NCBI GenBank assembly: GCA_965215275.1
Contig: OZ244044.1
Coordinates: 1,184,001-1,248,000, forward strand
Origin: Thermodesulfobacteriota bacterium
GTDB taxonomy: Bacteria; Desulfobacterota_D; UBA1144; Nemesobacterales; JAJCZQ01
Direction of reading: 5' to 3'
Length of the DNA: 64,000 nucleotides
The position numbers and the translations under genes are program-made. A model generated the notes under the pieces. It was given only the letters and a program-made list of their open reading frames with translations. It ran no database searches and was not told the DNA's origin. This document shows positions 31,201 to 40,970 of the stretch, piece after piece (within the stretch, counting starts at the first letter, position 1; each line of letters opens with the position of its first letter).

Positions 31201-32298
31201 GCTAATCTGAGTTTCCGCCTGCAAATAATCGGTAACACCCAGCCAGTCTTTAATAATACGATAACAGATAAGGTGTATTATACGTTTACAGGAGTAACGG
31301 AAACGTTACCTGAGGCAGCACAAAATAATAATCCACCTTCAACTTACAGTTTAACTCCTGCATTACCTGATGGACTGAGATTTACCCCTGCTACCAGAGA
31401 GATAACAGGAACACCGACCACTGCAATGTCTGAGACTGATTATACGTATACGGTTGCTGATCTAAATGGAGATACGGATGATCTGACGTTCAGCATAACT
31501 GTATTAGCAGGAACTGACACGGAACCAACCTTTGGCAGTGAGAGTATAGATAATAAGGTGTACATTAACGGCATTACAGCAGTAACGTTAACTCTGCCTG
31601 CTGCTACTGGAGGGGATGGGACTTTAACTTACAGTTTAGAGAGGGACCCTGGAGATGGTATTTTCACTACTGCTTTATTTAAGGGATTGACATTTACTGC
31701 AAACACCAGAGAGTTAAGCGGAACACCCAATCTTGATATTCATCCAAGTCTATTTCCTGCAACTCAGGATCATAAATATGAAGTAACAGACAATGATGGA
31801 GATACAGCAGAGATAACGTTCAGTATAACAATAGAAGAAGACAGCGAACCGGACTTCAGCGGTGTGACAATACCAGATCGTGTGTACACGGGGAGAACAA
31901 TAGAGCTGCCAGAGGCAGCGGGAGGGAATTTACCGGTTACATACAGTATAACACCTGATCTGCCAGCTGGATTGAGATTTAACGAAGTAACGCGGGAAAT
32001 AAGTGGGACACCCAGGAGTGCATCAACAAGGACTTACACGTATACGGCAACGGACAGGAATGGAAATACGGATACATTGGATTTCATGCTCAGTGTAGAG
32101 GTTACTTCTACTCCAGGACCAACACCACCACGAGGACCAAGAACGTCAGGTAGTGATTCAGGCGGAGGTGGAGGAGGATGTGCGATTTCTGATCAGAGCA
32201 GCGTTGCTTCTGATATTCTCGGAGTAATTGCATGTCTGATACTTATACCTGTGTCAGTAGCTATCAGAAGGAAGAGAAGATATCAGATAAAGACGTAG
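28288..32298 (+). CDS. Large surface protein: kexin-like S8 domain with substituted catalytic residues, P-domain, 8 Ig-like repeats and a C-terminal GGGC-TM-basic sorting signal. True 5' end is probably at 28129 or 28221, frameshifted at the poly-C tracts.
   Basis: DPLYGCQWHL, LSWRDIKLILA, YGFGVVDA, P-domain GEDPSGEWVLKISD...WSIKVYG, repeats PxF..T(V/I)PDQ.Y...LP.ATGG...Y.L...LP.GL.F...R.ISGTPT, and GGGGGGCA...ILGVIACLILIPVSVAIRRKRR. Confidence 0.9.
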   Translation: MVIAAKGQSSLEETLSECRGISADTEDPLYGCQWHLKNTGQLGFSGKEITAGEDINIEGVWNEEVYGTGINVAVVSDGIDLSHEDLSANVRSGPNYDHSDSSSFSGTRAAGVIAATGYNGLGVRGTAPGASIYSYRLSGDLSEADAVVRNKEITAVSVNGRGSEDGAFFQEASSSWEEGVELGIKKGFYGKGVFYVRGAGDGHERGDQANFNEYSSYYGVTAVCSTDGFGKKSIFSEEGVTLWVCAPGSDIVTTDNNNDYVVTSGTFLSASQVGGVAALLREINDQLSWRDIKLILAGSARQNDVSDLSWETGAVKYGSDTERYKYNPKYGFGVVDAEAAAELARSWKGVGEMRTVTAFSDKEITIPDGEGNGEGEADGVLVSRLIIPDLEETTFTEFTEVELVLSCDCLQDLNIQITSPSGTVSELVREFVSGPSDEEKNCVSYLRRTHRFGSAKHLGEDPSGEWVLKISDTASGDTENEKNTVTLHSWSIKVYGNFYQEHGSEISAKHHDLSFGGATVPDQIYRVGTQVNYRLPSASGGGGGRTYSLSPRLPAGLDRQNILVIRGTPTTVTPNTLYTLTATGFNGDKDSLTFNITVKEPDTSPTFSGATVPEQIWTEGVRIPTLRFPNATGGNGTLTYFLSPAQPVGISRQDNRLFGTPTETQRRSRYTWTVRDKDDDEDSIQFYITVRENVPTFGGQTIPQQNYIVGRTIQRLVFPRATGEEPLTYNLEGGPTNLPGGLNLVSNPTSIIGTPTTTADINYRWTVTDKDGDKTELPFRMKIRTASEVPDFGSETVEDQVWGNGRAVTLTLPQATGGDGTLNYSLSGVIPNGLIFNSNTRTLSGTLDVAAPSVLPITLSYTYKVTDSDSDDDGDSDSITFSITIETNQEPSFGGQSIPDQIYIQGTTVGLPVTLPAATGGNSPLVYSISPALPSGLSFEPATREISGAPTNISGLITNYTYKVTDSDGDTANLSFRLQIIGNTQPVFNNTITDKVYYTFTGVTETLPEAAQNNNPPSTYSLTPALPDGLRFTPATREITGTPTTAMSETDYTYTVADLNGDTDDLTFSITVLAGTDTEPTFGSESIDNKVYINGITAVTLTLPAATGGDGTLTYSLERDPGDGIFTTALFKGLTFTANTRELSGTPNLDIHPSLFPATQDHKYEVTDNDGDTAEITFSITIEEDSEPDFSGVTIPDRVYTGRTIELPEAAGGNLPVTYSITPDLPAGLRFNEVTREISGTPRSASTRTYTYTATDRNGNTDTLDFMLSVEVTSTPGPTPPRGPRTSGSDSGGGGGGCAISDQSSVASDILGVIACLILIPVSVAIRRKRRYQIKT
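29821..32100 (+). repeat. Eight diverged Ig-like (He_PIG/cadherin-like) domain repeats of about 90-110 aa
   Basis: Units start near 29824, 30100, 30370, 30655, 30958, 31243, 31525 and 31849. DNA identity is still visible between units 4 and 7 (GCAGTAACGTTAACTCTGCCT). Confidence 0.8.
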
Positions 32299-32332
32299 CA
32301 ATGCAGTTCTTTCAAAAGCATTAAATTATTAA

Positions 32333-32683
32333 TCAAACCAGATCAATCGCATGCCTCTTTAAATCTTCTAAAGAAAGAACTTCCAGAGCTGATGCGTGAG
32401 TCGACTGAAGATACACACAGGGTGCTTTGCCCATTTCTAAAGCCTCTTTCCACCGCAGGGCACATAAACACCACTTGTCTCCCTCTTTCAATCCCGGAAA
32501 ATCAAACTCAGGTTTTGGTGTGGACAGATCGTTTCCTTTGCTTTTTGAAAACTCCAGAAATTCATCGGTCATTTCCACACATACCACATGACGCCCGATA
32601 TCCTGCTCGCTTGTTCTGCAACAACCATCCCTGAAAAAACCTGTCATTGGTCTGGTGCTGCATTCAAGCAGCATACCGCCCAT
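32333..32683 (-). CDS. DUF2237 family protein
   Basis: PMTGFFRDGCC, GNDLSTP, FPGLKEGDKWCLCALRW. Confidence 0.93.
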   Translation of the reverse strand: MGGMLLECSTRPMTGFFRDGCCRTSEQDIGRHVVCVEMTDEFLEFSKSKGNDLSTPKPEFDFPGLKEGDKWCLCALRWKEALEMGKAPCVYLQSTHASALEVLSLEDLKRHAIDLV

Positions 32684-32748
32684 TACGTTTTTCTCCTTGT
32701 AGTTTTTAGAAACGATCTTTTCAGTACTCCTTGCTTTTTTGTTCTCGC

Positions 32749-33672
32749 TTATGTTTTTGCTGAGCCGTTAGATAATTTAACCAACTGTTTTTCGGCATGA
32801 TAGGAACTTCTAACGAGCGGTCCAGACTCTATATGTGGAATGCCTATTATCCTCTCACCGTACTGCTTGAGCGATTCAAATTCAGTTGGATGATAATATT
32901 TCGATACAGGTATGTGGTCAACAGTGGGTTGTAAATACTGTCCGATAGTGACAATATCGCAGTTTACTGATTTCAGGTCTCGCAGGGTCTCAATAATTTC
33001 GTCATAAGATTCTCCAAGGCCTACCATAATACCCGTTTTAGTGATCAGGCCGTTATTTCTGGACCGTTCAAGGAGTCTTAGAGACCTTTCGTAAACTGCC
33101 TGGGGACGGACGTATCTTGTCTTGCCGGATTGTGATAGCTGAGGGTGACTGTACAACCTGGGAACGGTTTCCAAGTTGTGGTTCAGTATATCGGGAGTTG
33201 CCTTTATCACTTCATCAATTGCTGCATCGTCACCTTTGAAGTCCGGGATCAGGACCTCTATCTTGATATTCAGGTTACCGTACCTTACCTTCCTGACCGT
33301 TTCAGCAAAAATGCACGCACTTTCATAGTTCTTGTCATCACGGTTTACCGAGGTCACTACTATGTGCTTAATGGACGAGTTGTTCTGAGCAAGCTTTTTC
33401 ACAGCGCTTGCCACTCTTTGAGGCTCGTCCCAGTCAAGCTCGCCTCCCTTACCGGTTTTTACATGGCAGAACCCGCAACTCCTTGTGCATGTGTCGCCAA
33501 GTATCATAAAGGTCAGAGTTCCCGCTCCCCAGCACTCTCCTATATTAGGACACTTTGCTTCCTCGCAGACGGTATTCAGATTCAGGTCCTTTACAAGACC
33601 TTTCAGACGACCGTAGTTTTCCCCTCCGGGCAGTTTGGCCTTTATCCAGCGAGGTTTGGAAAGTGTTTGCAT
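32749..33672 (-). CDS. lipA: Lipoyl synthase
   Basis: TVCEEAKCPNIGECW, CTRSCGFC, NHNLETV, GQYLQP, PLVRSSY. Confidence 0.98.
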   Translation of the reverse strand: MQTLSKPRWIKAKLPGGENYGRLKGLVKDLNLNTVCEEAKCPNIGECWGAGTLTFMILGDTCTRSCGFCHVKTGKGGELDWDEPQRVASAVKKLAQNNSSIKHIVVTSVNRDDKNYESACIFAETVRKVRYGNLNIKIEVLIPDFKGDDAAIDEVIKATPDILNHNLETVPRLYSHPQLSQSGKTRYVRPQAVYERSLRLLERSRNNGLITKTGIMVGLGESYDEIIETLRDLKSVNCDIVTIGQYLQPTVDHIPVSKYYHPTEFESLKQYGERIIGIPHIESGPLVRSSYHAEKQLVKLSNGSAKT

Positions 33673-33681
33673 ATACGCACT

Positions 33682-34062
33682 TCAGTCTCCAGGAGTTATA
33701 AATGGAGAACCTGATGACTTCTCATACTGACCCGCACCTGGAGCCGAAGGAGCAGAGGGCGTTCTTGCCGTCCTGATATCAGAGATCTCTTTTTCAAGTT
33801 CCTTGATCCTCTTATTACTGCTCTTGATCTTGGCCCTTTTACCTGAAGAGTTGTAAATACCCATAAAAATGGAAAGAACCACTCCAAATCCAAAAGCAAA
33901 CAGCATCAAAGCGTAACTTTTAACGTAGTAAGCAGGTAGCTGGTAAATCCACAGGTCAAACTCAAGTCTGTATTCATGAACAAAAGCCTCTTGATTTTGA
34001 AAAATGACCACAAAAATAGCAATAAAGATCAGCGCTGTGAAAATAAGTTTTATATAATTCAT
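33682..34062 (-). CDS. LapA/DUF1049-like membrane protein
   Basis: Two TM segments with a conserved QN, followed by a basic coiled coil; sits downstream of rpsA-sppA. Confidence 0.65.
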   Translation of the reverse strand: MNYIKLIFTALIFIAIFVVIFQNQEAFVHEYRLEFDLWIYQLPAYYVKSYALMLFAFGFGVVLSIFMGIYNSSGKRAKIKSSNKRIKELEKEISDIRTARTPSAPSAPGAGQYEKSSGSPFITPGD

Positions 34063-34120
34063 TAACTCACCTCTCGTTTATAAGTAGAGATCCCTGTTTG
34101 ATAATTAATGATATTCTATA

Positions 34121-34996
34121 TCAGTGAACAATATCAACAATGTAAAATAATCCAAAACCACCTGATGAAGCAAGTCCGTTTATCCTGGACGTTAAGTTAA
34201 GCTTTGAAAACAGCAATTCTCGCAGTGGAGATTTTTTTTCAGGATAGTTAATTATCTGCGGTTCACCCACGATACCGGATTTATCGGCTGCAAACCTGAT
34301 GGCACTGCTTAAATTGCCGATCCTGTCAACGAGTTTAAGCTCTAATGCCTGCTCACCTGAAAATATCTTGCCATCAGAAATTCTCTCTATCCCGCTCTTA
34401 TCTATATCCCTGCTGGTCTGAACGGCGTTCTTGAACTGGTCGTGTACGTTGTCTATCAGGGTCTGTATATACTCTATTTCCTCTTTCTTCATGGTTCTCA
34501 GCGGAGAACCTACATCCTTAAAATCCCCGCTCTTTATAACCTCGACGTCTATCTTTGCCCACTTGAGCAAGTGTTTATAGTTCAAAAACTGTGCAACAAC
34601 GCCTATACTGCCCGTTATGGTCCCGGGATTTGCAAAAATAGTATCCGCCGCACAGGCAATATAATAACCCCCAGACGCCGCTACGGCCCCCATACTTGCC
34701 ACAACGGGTATTTCGCCTTTAATACTTCCAATTTCGCTGTAAATCTCCTGTGAAGGTCCGACTGCTCCCCCGGGGGAGTTTATTCTTACGACCAGTGCTT
34801 TTATTGCTTCGTTCTTTCTGATCCTGTCCAGGCTTTCCAGATGTTCAATAGGGTCTATTATAGGACCTTCCACGTTAAGAACTGCAATTTTATCCCCACC
34901 GCCTACCCCAAGACCGTCAGACCCTCTTTTCACGCCGATCGAGTACACGACAAAAAGAACGAATAAAACCAGCAGTGTCAATAAGATGTTTCGCAA
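34121..34996 (-). CDS. sppA: Signal peptide peptidase SppA (36K type)
   Basis: RINSPGG, AASGGYYIA, TGSIGV, KSGDFKD. Confidence 0.95.
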   Translation of the reverse strand: MRNILLTLLVLFVLFVVYSIGVKRGSDGLGVGGGDKIAVLNVEGPIIDPIEHLESLDRIRKNEAIKALVVRINSPGGAVGPSQEIYSEIGSIKGEIPVVASMGAVAASGGYYIACAADTIFANPGTITGSIGVVAQFLNYKHLLKWAKIDVEVIKSGDFKDVGSPLRTMKKEEIEYIQTLIDNVHDQFKNAVQTSRDIDKSGIERISDGKIFSGEQALELKLVDRIGNLSSAIRFAADKSGIVGEPQIINYPEKKSPLRELLFSKLNLTSRINGLASSGGFGLFYIVDIVH

Positions 34997-35018
34997 AATA
35001 TTCCTCTGCTCTGTATGA

Positions 35019-36716
35019 TCAATTATCCAGAGTTTTTAATTTTTTCCCCAAGATGTCGCCAAACCTTGACTGCGGGTCCTCGTGAGAGGCAATAAACTGC
35101 GACATACTTTCCTTTTCCTGCTTTTTTTCCAGTTTCTTTATGCTGAGGTTTATCTGTCGTTTGCTTTTTTCAAAACCAATGACCAGACCCGTCACTTCAT
35201 CGCCTACGCTGTATTTTTTACTGGTATTATCAAGCGTTTCGAGTTCTGAGCTTTTATAAAAACCCTCTATTTCGTTTTCAAGTTCAACGATCAGTCCATG
35301 AGGTTTAACCTCCTTTACTTTACCAGTTACGACCGTCTCGTTCTGTCTGTATTTACCCTTTACCACTTCCCATGGGTCGGTACTCAGCTGTTTGACACCA
35401 AGGGCGATCTTATGGTTATTAGTATCCACATGAAGTAAAGAAACGTCGATCTGCTGTCCTACCTGGTCGTTGCCGTAGACGTCCGGAGGATTTATCTTCC
35501 CTTCCCATGCAATGTTTTCAGGTCTGACCAGTCCAACCAGACCTTCTTCCACTTCCACGAACACGCCGTAATCGTTTACATTTCTTATAGTGCCTGTAAT
35601 AACGCTGCCTATTTCGTGCCTGCTCCTGAAAGTTTCCCAAGGACTTTTATCGACCCGCTTCAGGCTCAGGGATAGTTTCCTATCCTCTCCGTTGATCTCC
35701 AGTATAACGACTTCCACAGTACTTCCAGCATCAATTACTTCCCTGGGATGACGAAAATCCTTTATCCAGGACAGTTCATTTACGTGTATCAACCCTTCTA
35801 TACCAGGTTCAAGTTCGACAAAGACACCAAATTCCTTAACGGAAACGACCCTGCCTTTTACCTTTGAGTTCTTCTGATATCTCTCCTTGATAGTTTCCCA
35901 CGGATTATCATCTACCCGTTTAACGCTAAGGGTAATGCGTTGTCCCTCGTCCTCTATTTTTATGACCTTCAGTTTCAGCTGCTGCTTCTCGGAAATAACG
36001 TCAGACGGATGCTTTATCCTGCCCCAAGATACTTCACTGATGGGAACAAAACCCGTTACTCCGCCAAACTCAATAAACGCTCCCTTGTCAATTATATTGA
36101 TCACTTCTCCAGAAACTATCTGATCCTCGGTCAGACCGGACAGAGTTTCCTTTCTTTTGTGTTCCCTCTCCTCTTCAAGCAGCACCCTTTTTGAAATTAC
36201 CATGCCGTTGTTATCGTTCTGTATTATTCTGACCTGAAGGGGCTTGCCTATGATGTCCTCCGGGTCCGGATGGAGATTGACCTGGGAATTTGGCAGAAAC
36301 GCCCTTATCTGCGACTTTTCGGTCATGGTGCAGATATAACCACCTTTTACCTTGTTCACGGGTACGGCGGTTACAGCGATCTTCTCTTTAAAAGAGTTGC
36401 TTAAGAATTTTTTCTCCTTCAGCAGGTCCGCTTTGCTTTTTGATATACGGGGGATCTCGGAATTAGATCTTTCGATAAAGACCTCCACTTCAGTTCCAAC
36501 TTCAATTATTTCATCTGGACCCGTATCGAATTCAGTTATCGGGACCATACCTTCTGACTTAAGTCCAAGGTCTATGAAAACAACGTCCTTATAAACCCCC
36601 ACGACCACCCCTTTGACTATACTTCCTCTTTCCTCATCTTTTTTAAGCCTGAGGTTCTCTTCAAGCATATCCTTGAAGTCCCTTTCGTCGTGTGACTGAT
36701 TATTGTCTTCTTGCAT
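35019..36716 (-). CDS. rpsA: 30S ribosomal protein S1
   Basis: Six S1 domains (FGVFVELEPGIEGLIHVNELSW); downstream of cmk. Confidence 0.93.
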   Translation of the reverse strand: MQEDNNQSHDERDFKDMLEENLRLKKDEERGSIVKGVVVGVYKDVVFIDLGLKSEGMVPITEFDTGPDEIIEVGTEVEVFIERSNSEIPRISKSKADLLKEKKFLSNSFKEKIAVTAVPVNKVKGGYICTMTEKSQIRAFLPNSQVNLHPDPEDIIGKPLQVRIIQNDNNGMVISKRVLLEEEREHKRKETLSGLTEDQIVSGEVINIIDKGAFIEFGGVTGFVPISEVSWGRIKHPSDVISEKQQLKLKVIKIEDEGQRITLSVKRVDDNPWETIKERYQKNSKVKGRVVSVKEFGVFVELEPGIEGLIHVNELSWIKDFRHPREVIDAGSTVEVVILEINGEDRKLSLSLKRVDKSPWETFRSRHEIGSVITGTIRNVNDYGVFVEVEEGLVGLVRPENIAWEGKINPPDVYGNDQVGQQIDVSLLHVDTNNHKIALGVKQLSTDPWEVVKGKYRQNETVVTGKVKEVKPHGLIVELENEIEGFYKSSELETLDNTSKKYSVGDEVTGLVIGFEKSKRQINLSIKKLEKKQEKESMSQFIASHEDPQSRFGDILGKKLKTLDN

Positions 36717-36853
36717 AGCAGTTGCCTTTCTCGCTTAAATTATAATTCCTAATTAAAAATTTTAAATAAAAGCCCTCAGGCGAAAATATTCATTCCACCC
36801 GTTCAGATGATACAGGAACGTTACAACAGCAGATGATAAAGCTACACAGGTCC

Positions 36854-37552
36854 CTACGTTGACGTTCCCTCTAAAGTCTTCATTATTCTGTTTACAACCT
36901 CTTTCAGGGTAAGGCTCGTTGTATCTATTATTACAGCATTATCGGACGGACGCAAGGGGGACTCTTTTCTCTCTTTATCCTGTTTGTCCCTGCTTACTAT
37001 GCTCTCTAATACCTCACTGTAAGATATTTTCTCATCGGCTCCCTTTTCTGCCAGTTCCTTAAAACGTCTTTTAGCTCTTTCTTCGGCCGTGCCGGTCAGG
37101 AAGAACTTGTATTTTGCGTCAGAAAAAACGCAGGTTCCCATGTCCCTGCCCTCGGCGACCAGGTTCTTTTTCTGCATTGCTATCCGCCTCTGCCGCTCAG
37201 CAAGATGATCCCGCACGTTTTTCAGCTTAGCAACATCTGCGGACAATAAGGTTATATCGTGCTCCCTTATCCTGCCGGTAACGTCATTGTTATTTAAAGT
37301 ATATCTGAAGCCGCTTTTTTCATCCTTTCTGATGCCAATATCAAGGCTGTTCAGAAAATCCTCCGGTGCATCATCGCTGTCACCTGCGTCCATGTTATTT
37401 TCCTTTATTGCCAAAGCCACGATCCTGTACATCGCTCCGCTGTCCAGATGAAAATATTTTACTTTATCCGCGACCATTCTTGCCACGGTGCTTTTACCGC
37501 AGGCAGCTGGTCCGTCAATAGTGATAATTACGTTATGGTTATCCATGGCCAT
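36854..37552 (-). CDS. cmk: Cytidylate kinase
   Basis: ITIDGPAACGKST, DSGAMYR, EGRDMGT, RDKQDKER. Confidence 0.96.
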   Translation of the reverse strand: MAMDNHNVIITIDGPAACGKSTVARMVADKVKYFHLDSGAMYRIVALAIKENNMDAGDSDDAPEDFLNSLDIGIRKDEKSGFRYTLNNNDVTGRIREHDITLLSADVAKLKNVRDHLAERQRRIAMQKKNLVAEGRDMGTCVFSDAKYKFFLTGTAEERAKRRFKELAEKGADEKISYSEVLESIVSRDKQDKERKESPLRPSDNAVIIDTTSLTLKEVVNRIMKTLEGTST

Positions 37553-38856
37553 TATGTTCTCAGAGCTTTAAAGGTATTAAAAAACCCCGGATAGGAGATA
37601 TTAACGCAGTCCGTGCCGCTGATGGTCGTCTGCCCTTCCGTCCTTGTGGCGGCAACGCACAGGGACATTGCCACTCTGTGGTCCCCCCAGCCTTCACACG
37701 TGGCACCCTTCAGGCCTTTCACCCCTTCTATTATCATTCCATCTTCAAGTTCAGAGATCCTTGCTCCAAGTTTTTTAAGCTCGGACGTCATGGCCTTTAT
37801 CCTGTCCACTTCCTTGACCCTTAGCTCTCTGGCCTCAGAGATCGTTGTCACACCCTCTGCAAAACACGCGGCAACGGCTATAACTGGGAGTTCGTCTATA
37901 GCTTTTGGGATCCACCTTCCTTTTATTTCAATTCCTTTCAGCTCGCTGCTTTTAACTAAAACGTCCCCCACGGGTTCGCCGCACTCCTCTCTCTGATTTA
38001 ACACCTTTATATCTGCTCCCATTCTGATCAGCACCTCTATAACGCCCGTTCTTGCAGAGTTAAGTCCCACGTTCTTTATAAGCAGCTCGGACCCTTTATT
38101 TATCAATGCACCGACCATAAAAAACGCCGCTGAAGATATATCCGAAGGTATCAGGAGGTCGGCAGCTTCGTACCCGTTATTTCCTGTAACGGTTATACTG
38201 CTATTATCCGTCTCAACGTTCACGCCGAAATACTTCAGCATTCTTTCCGTGTGGTCCCTCGTCTTCTGAGGCTCAGCTATTTTCGTCACGCCTTCTGCAG
38301 AGAGTCCCGCAAGAATCAGAGCGGATTTAACCTGAGCACTTGCAACCGGCAGCCTGTATGATATTCCGTGCAGTTTCTGCCCTTTAATGCTCAGAGGCAG
38401 GTTACCAGTGCCGTTATCACCAATAATATCAGCACCCATCAGTCCCAGTGGTTTTACAACTCTTCCCATCGGACGTCTTTTAAGATATTTATCCCCTGTA
38501 ATACCCGAGTTAAAAGGCTGTCCGCTCAGCAGACCCAGCAGCAGTCTCGCGGTGGTGCCGGAATTGCCCGCGTCTATTATTGCAGAAGGTTCCTTAAGAC
38601 CCCTCAGACCCCTGCCTGTTACTGTAAGTTCCAGATTACCGGTCCCATCGGGAGAATATCTCACGTCCGATCCAAGGTTCATAACGGCTTTCAGGGTTGA
38701 AAAGGTGTCTTCGCTGTTCAGAAAACCCCTTACTCTGGACTTTCCCTCAGCAATACAGCTCAATATAGCTGCCCTGTGGGAAATGGACTTATCTCCCGGA
38801 GGGGTAAATTCCCCGACAAAAGGGATCTTTCTACCTTGTATAACTGTCTTTGACAC
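37552..38856 (-). CDS. aroA: 3-phosphoshikimate 1-carboxyvinyltransferase
   Basis: PGDKSISHR, GNSGTTARL, ASAQVKSA, RDHTERML, ELRVKEVDR, DHRVAM. Confidence 0.98.
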   Translation of the reverse strand: MSKTVIQGRKIPFVGEFTPPGDKSISHRAAILSCIAEGKSRVRGFLNSEDTFSTLKAVMNLGSDVRYSPDGTGNLELTVTGRGLRGLKEPSAIIDAGNSGTTARLLLGLLSGQPFNSGITGDKYLKRRPMGRVVKPLGLMGADIIGDNGTGNLPLSIKGQKLHGISYRLPVASAQVKSALILAGLSAEGVTKIAEPQKTRDHTERMLKYFGVNVETDNSSITVTGNNGYEAADLLIPSDISSAAFFMVGALINKGSELLIKNVGLNSARTGVIEVLIRMGADIKVLNQREECGEPVGDVLVKSSELKGIEIKGRWIPKAIDELPVIAVAACFAEGVTTISEARELRVKEVDRIKAMTSELKKLGARISELEDGMIIEGVKGLKGATCEGWGDHRVAMSLCVAATRTEGQTTISGTDCVNISYPGFFNTFKALRT

Positions 38857-38886
38857 AGAGATATCAGATCAATAAATCCTGCTGAT

Positions 38887-39291
38887 CTAAGGGATTATTA
38901 TGTTGCTTTTACTGCTTTTTGCACCGCCATCGGATCTTTCGTTCTGCTTGGACTTTGCCTCTATCAGTGCAAACAGTCTGTTCTTGAAGTCTTCCTCAAA
39001 AGCACACACGGAAGGGATGATAAAGCCAAGCAGTGCTATCTGAAGAAAGTACTCCGTGTTTGCCATCAGAAACTCTTTTTCGTACCGGCCGCCGTATGCC
39101 TTGGAGAAATTTTCGTATATCTGCTGCCCTATTTCCGGAGCTATTTCCGCCACGCTTCTCAGATGACCGGCCGACTGCTGAGCAGAAACTCCCATGTTGA
39201 ACGCCATTGTGACAGAGGTCATCAGGTCCATATCCGGTGCAGAGGACCGTTCCGACTGCTCGTCTTTTTTACCATTTTCTTTTTCAGTCAC
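38887..39291 (-). CDS. Hypothetical protein (134 aa)
   Basis: GGAGGT SD before a GTG start; leads the aroA operon; no family recognised. Confidence 0.7.
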   Translation of the reverse strand: MTEKENGKKDEQSERSSAPDMDLMTSVTMAFNMGVSAQQSAGHLRSVAEIAPEIGQQIYENFSKAYGGRYEKEFLMANTEYFLQIALLGFIIPSVCAFEEDFKNRLFALIEAKSKQNERSDGGAKSSKSNIIIP

Positions 39292-39418
39292 GATTTACCT
39301 CCAGGTGTTGAAAGTGTCTTGATCGTTGCAATAAAGATCCAACCTGTATAGAGTATAATTACAGGAGCGTAATAAGTAAAACACATTTTCTTAACTTACC
39401 TGATCAACGCGGAGTTCC

Positions 39419-39916
39419 ATGAAAGCCGAGCAGCTGATAGACAGACTGGGATTAAAGCCACTTGAAACAGAAGGTGGCTATTACTTTGAAACGTTCAGAA
39501 GTGAAGAGGAGATAAAGGCTTCCTCCCTTCCGGACAGGTACGACAGCGACAGATGTCTGTCAACGGCAATTTACTATCTTTTAACGCCTGAAACCAAATC
39601 CAATATTCACAGAGTTCGTTCTGATGAGATATTTCATTTTTATCTCGGCGACCCGGTGCAGATGATACATCTAAATCCTAACGGAAGTTCCAATATATTC
39701 TTTCTTGGGAACGACATAGCCTCCGGGCAGAGGCCTCAGGTCGTGGTCCCGTCAGGAGTGTGGCAAGGAAGTAAACTCGTGGAAGGAGGGGAATTTGCCT
39801 TAATGGGAACAACGGTCGCTCCAGGTTTTAAACCGGAAGACTATGAACAGGGGATCAGGAACGAGCTGACAGAAATGTTCCCTCAGCATAAGAAAATAAT
39901 AGATTCCCTGACTTAA
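39419..39916 (+). CDS. Cupin superfamily protein (DUF985)
   Basis: EGGYYFET, TAIYYLL, HRVRSDEIFHFYLG, TVAPGF. Confidence 0.92.
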   Translation: MKAEQLIDRLGLKPLETEGGYYFETFRSEEEIKASSLPDRYDSDRCLSTAIYYLLTPETKSNIHRVRSDEIFHFYLGDPVQMIHLNPNGSSNIFFLGNDIASGQRPQVVVPSGVWQGSKLVEGGEFALMGTTVAPGFKPEDYEQGIRNELTEMFPQHKKIIDSLT

Positions 39917-39994
39917 AGGTACTGCACACGCGGATTCGCCGCTAAGCCATTATTTACGACAGGTCCGGACGGATAAAAATTAAGGCCTGGTCCA

Positions 39995-40888
39995 TTAAAA
40001 GTTCATAGGCAAAACCGTTCCATCTATGGATTCCTTCAGTACCTGTCCTATGTCAGCAGGGCTTTCGGCAGTTTTAACTCCTGCCTCAGCAAGTGCCTTG
40101 AACTTGTTCTGAGCACTGCCTGAACTTCCTGATATTATGGCCCCGGCATGTCCCATCCTTTTGCCCTTGGGCGCGGTAGCACCCGCTATGAAAGCAGCGA
40201 CGGGTTTTGTGACCTTCTCGCCTATAAAGGCTGCTGCCTCCTCTTCGTCGCTTCCACCGATCTCACCAATAAGGACAATACCCGTTGTTTCGGGGTCATT
40301 TTGAAAAAGGCTCAAAGAATCTATAAAGGTCGTTCCGATGACCGGGTCCCCTCCTATCCCTATGCAGGTGGACTGCCCGATACCAAGCTCGGTCAGCTGC
40401 CATACGGCTTCGTAGGTCAGTGTGCCACTTCTGGAGATTATGCCGATATTTCCCGGCTTGTGGATATAAGCTGGCATGATCCCGACCTTTGCCTCACCCG
40501 GAGTGATAACGCCTGGACAGTTAGGTCCCACAAGCCTTGAACCGCAACCCTTAAGTGCCTCTTTTGTCCTTATAATGTCCAAAGTGGGAATACCTTCGGT
40601 TATACAGATTATCAGCTCTATTCCCGCTGCCGCCGCTTCAAGGATCGAATCCATAGCAAAGGCAGCAGGTACAAATATCAGAGACACGTCTGCACTCGTG
40701 TATTTCACCGCTTCCTCGACCGTGTTGTAAACTAAAAAACCATCAACTTCCAGGCCACCTTTGCCAGGGGTCACCCCACCTACCACCTGAGTACCGTAAT
40801 CTCTGCACTGAGCAGCGTGAAACAGTCCTTGACTGCCCGTTATTCCCTGCACTAATACCTTACTGTCCTTATTTACTAAAATGCTCAT
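39995..40888 (-). CDS. sucD: Succinyl-CoA synthetase alpha subunit
   Basis: [35 protein letters not shown]. Confidence 0.98.
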   Translation of the reverse strand: MSILVNKDSKVLVQGITGSQGLFHAAQCRDYGTQVVGGVTPGKGGLEVDGFLVYNTVEEAVKYTSADVSLIFVPAAFAMDSILEAAAAGIELIICITEGIPTLDIIRTKEALKGCGSRLVGPNCPGVITPGEAKVGIMPAYIHKPGNIGIISRSGTLTYEAVWQLTELGIGQSTCIGIGGDPVIGTTFIDSLSLFQNDPETTGIVLIGEIGGSDEEEAAAFIGEKVTKPVAAFIAGATAPKGKRMGHAGAIISGSSGSAQNKFKALAEAGVKTAESPADIGQVLKESIDGTVLPMNF

Positions 40889-40970
40889 TTTAACAACTCC
40901 CGAGTATCAAACTCTGCAACCAAGACGCATAATGATAACACAGCGATTCAGTTGTTCAACTCCTTAAAGG

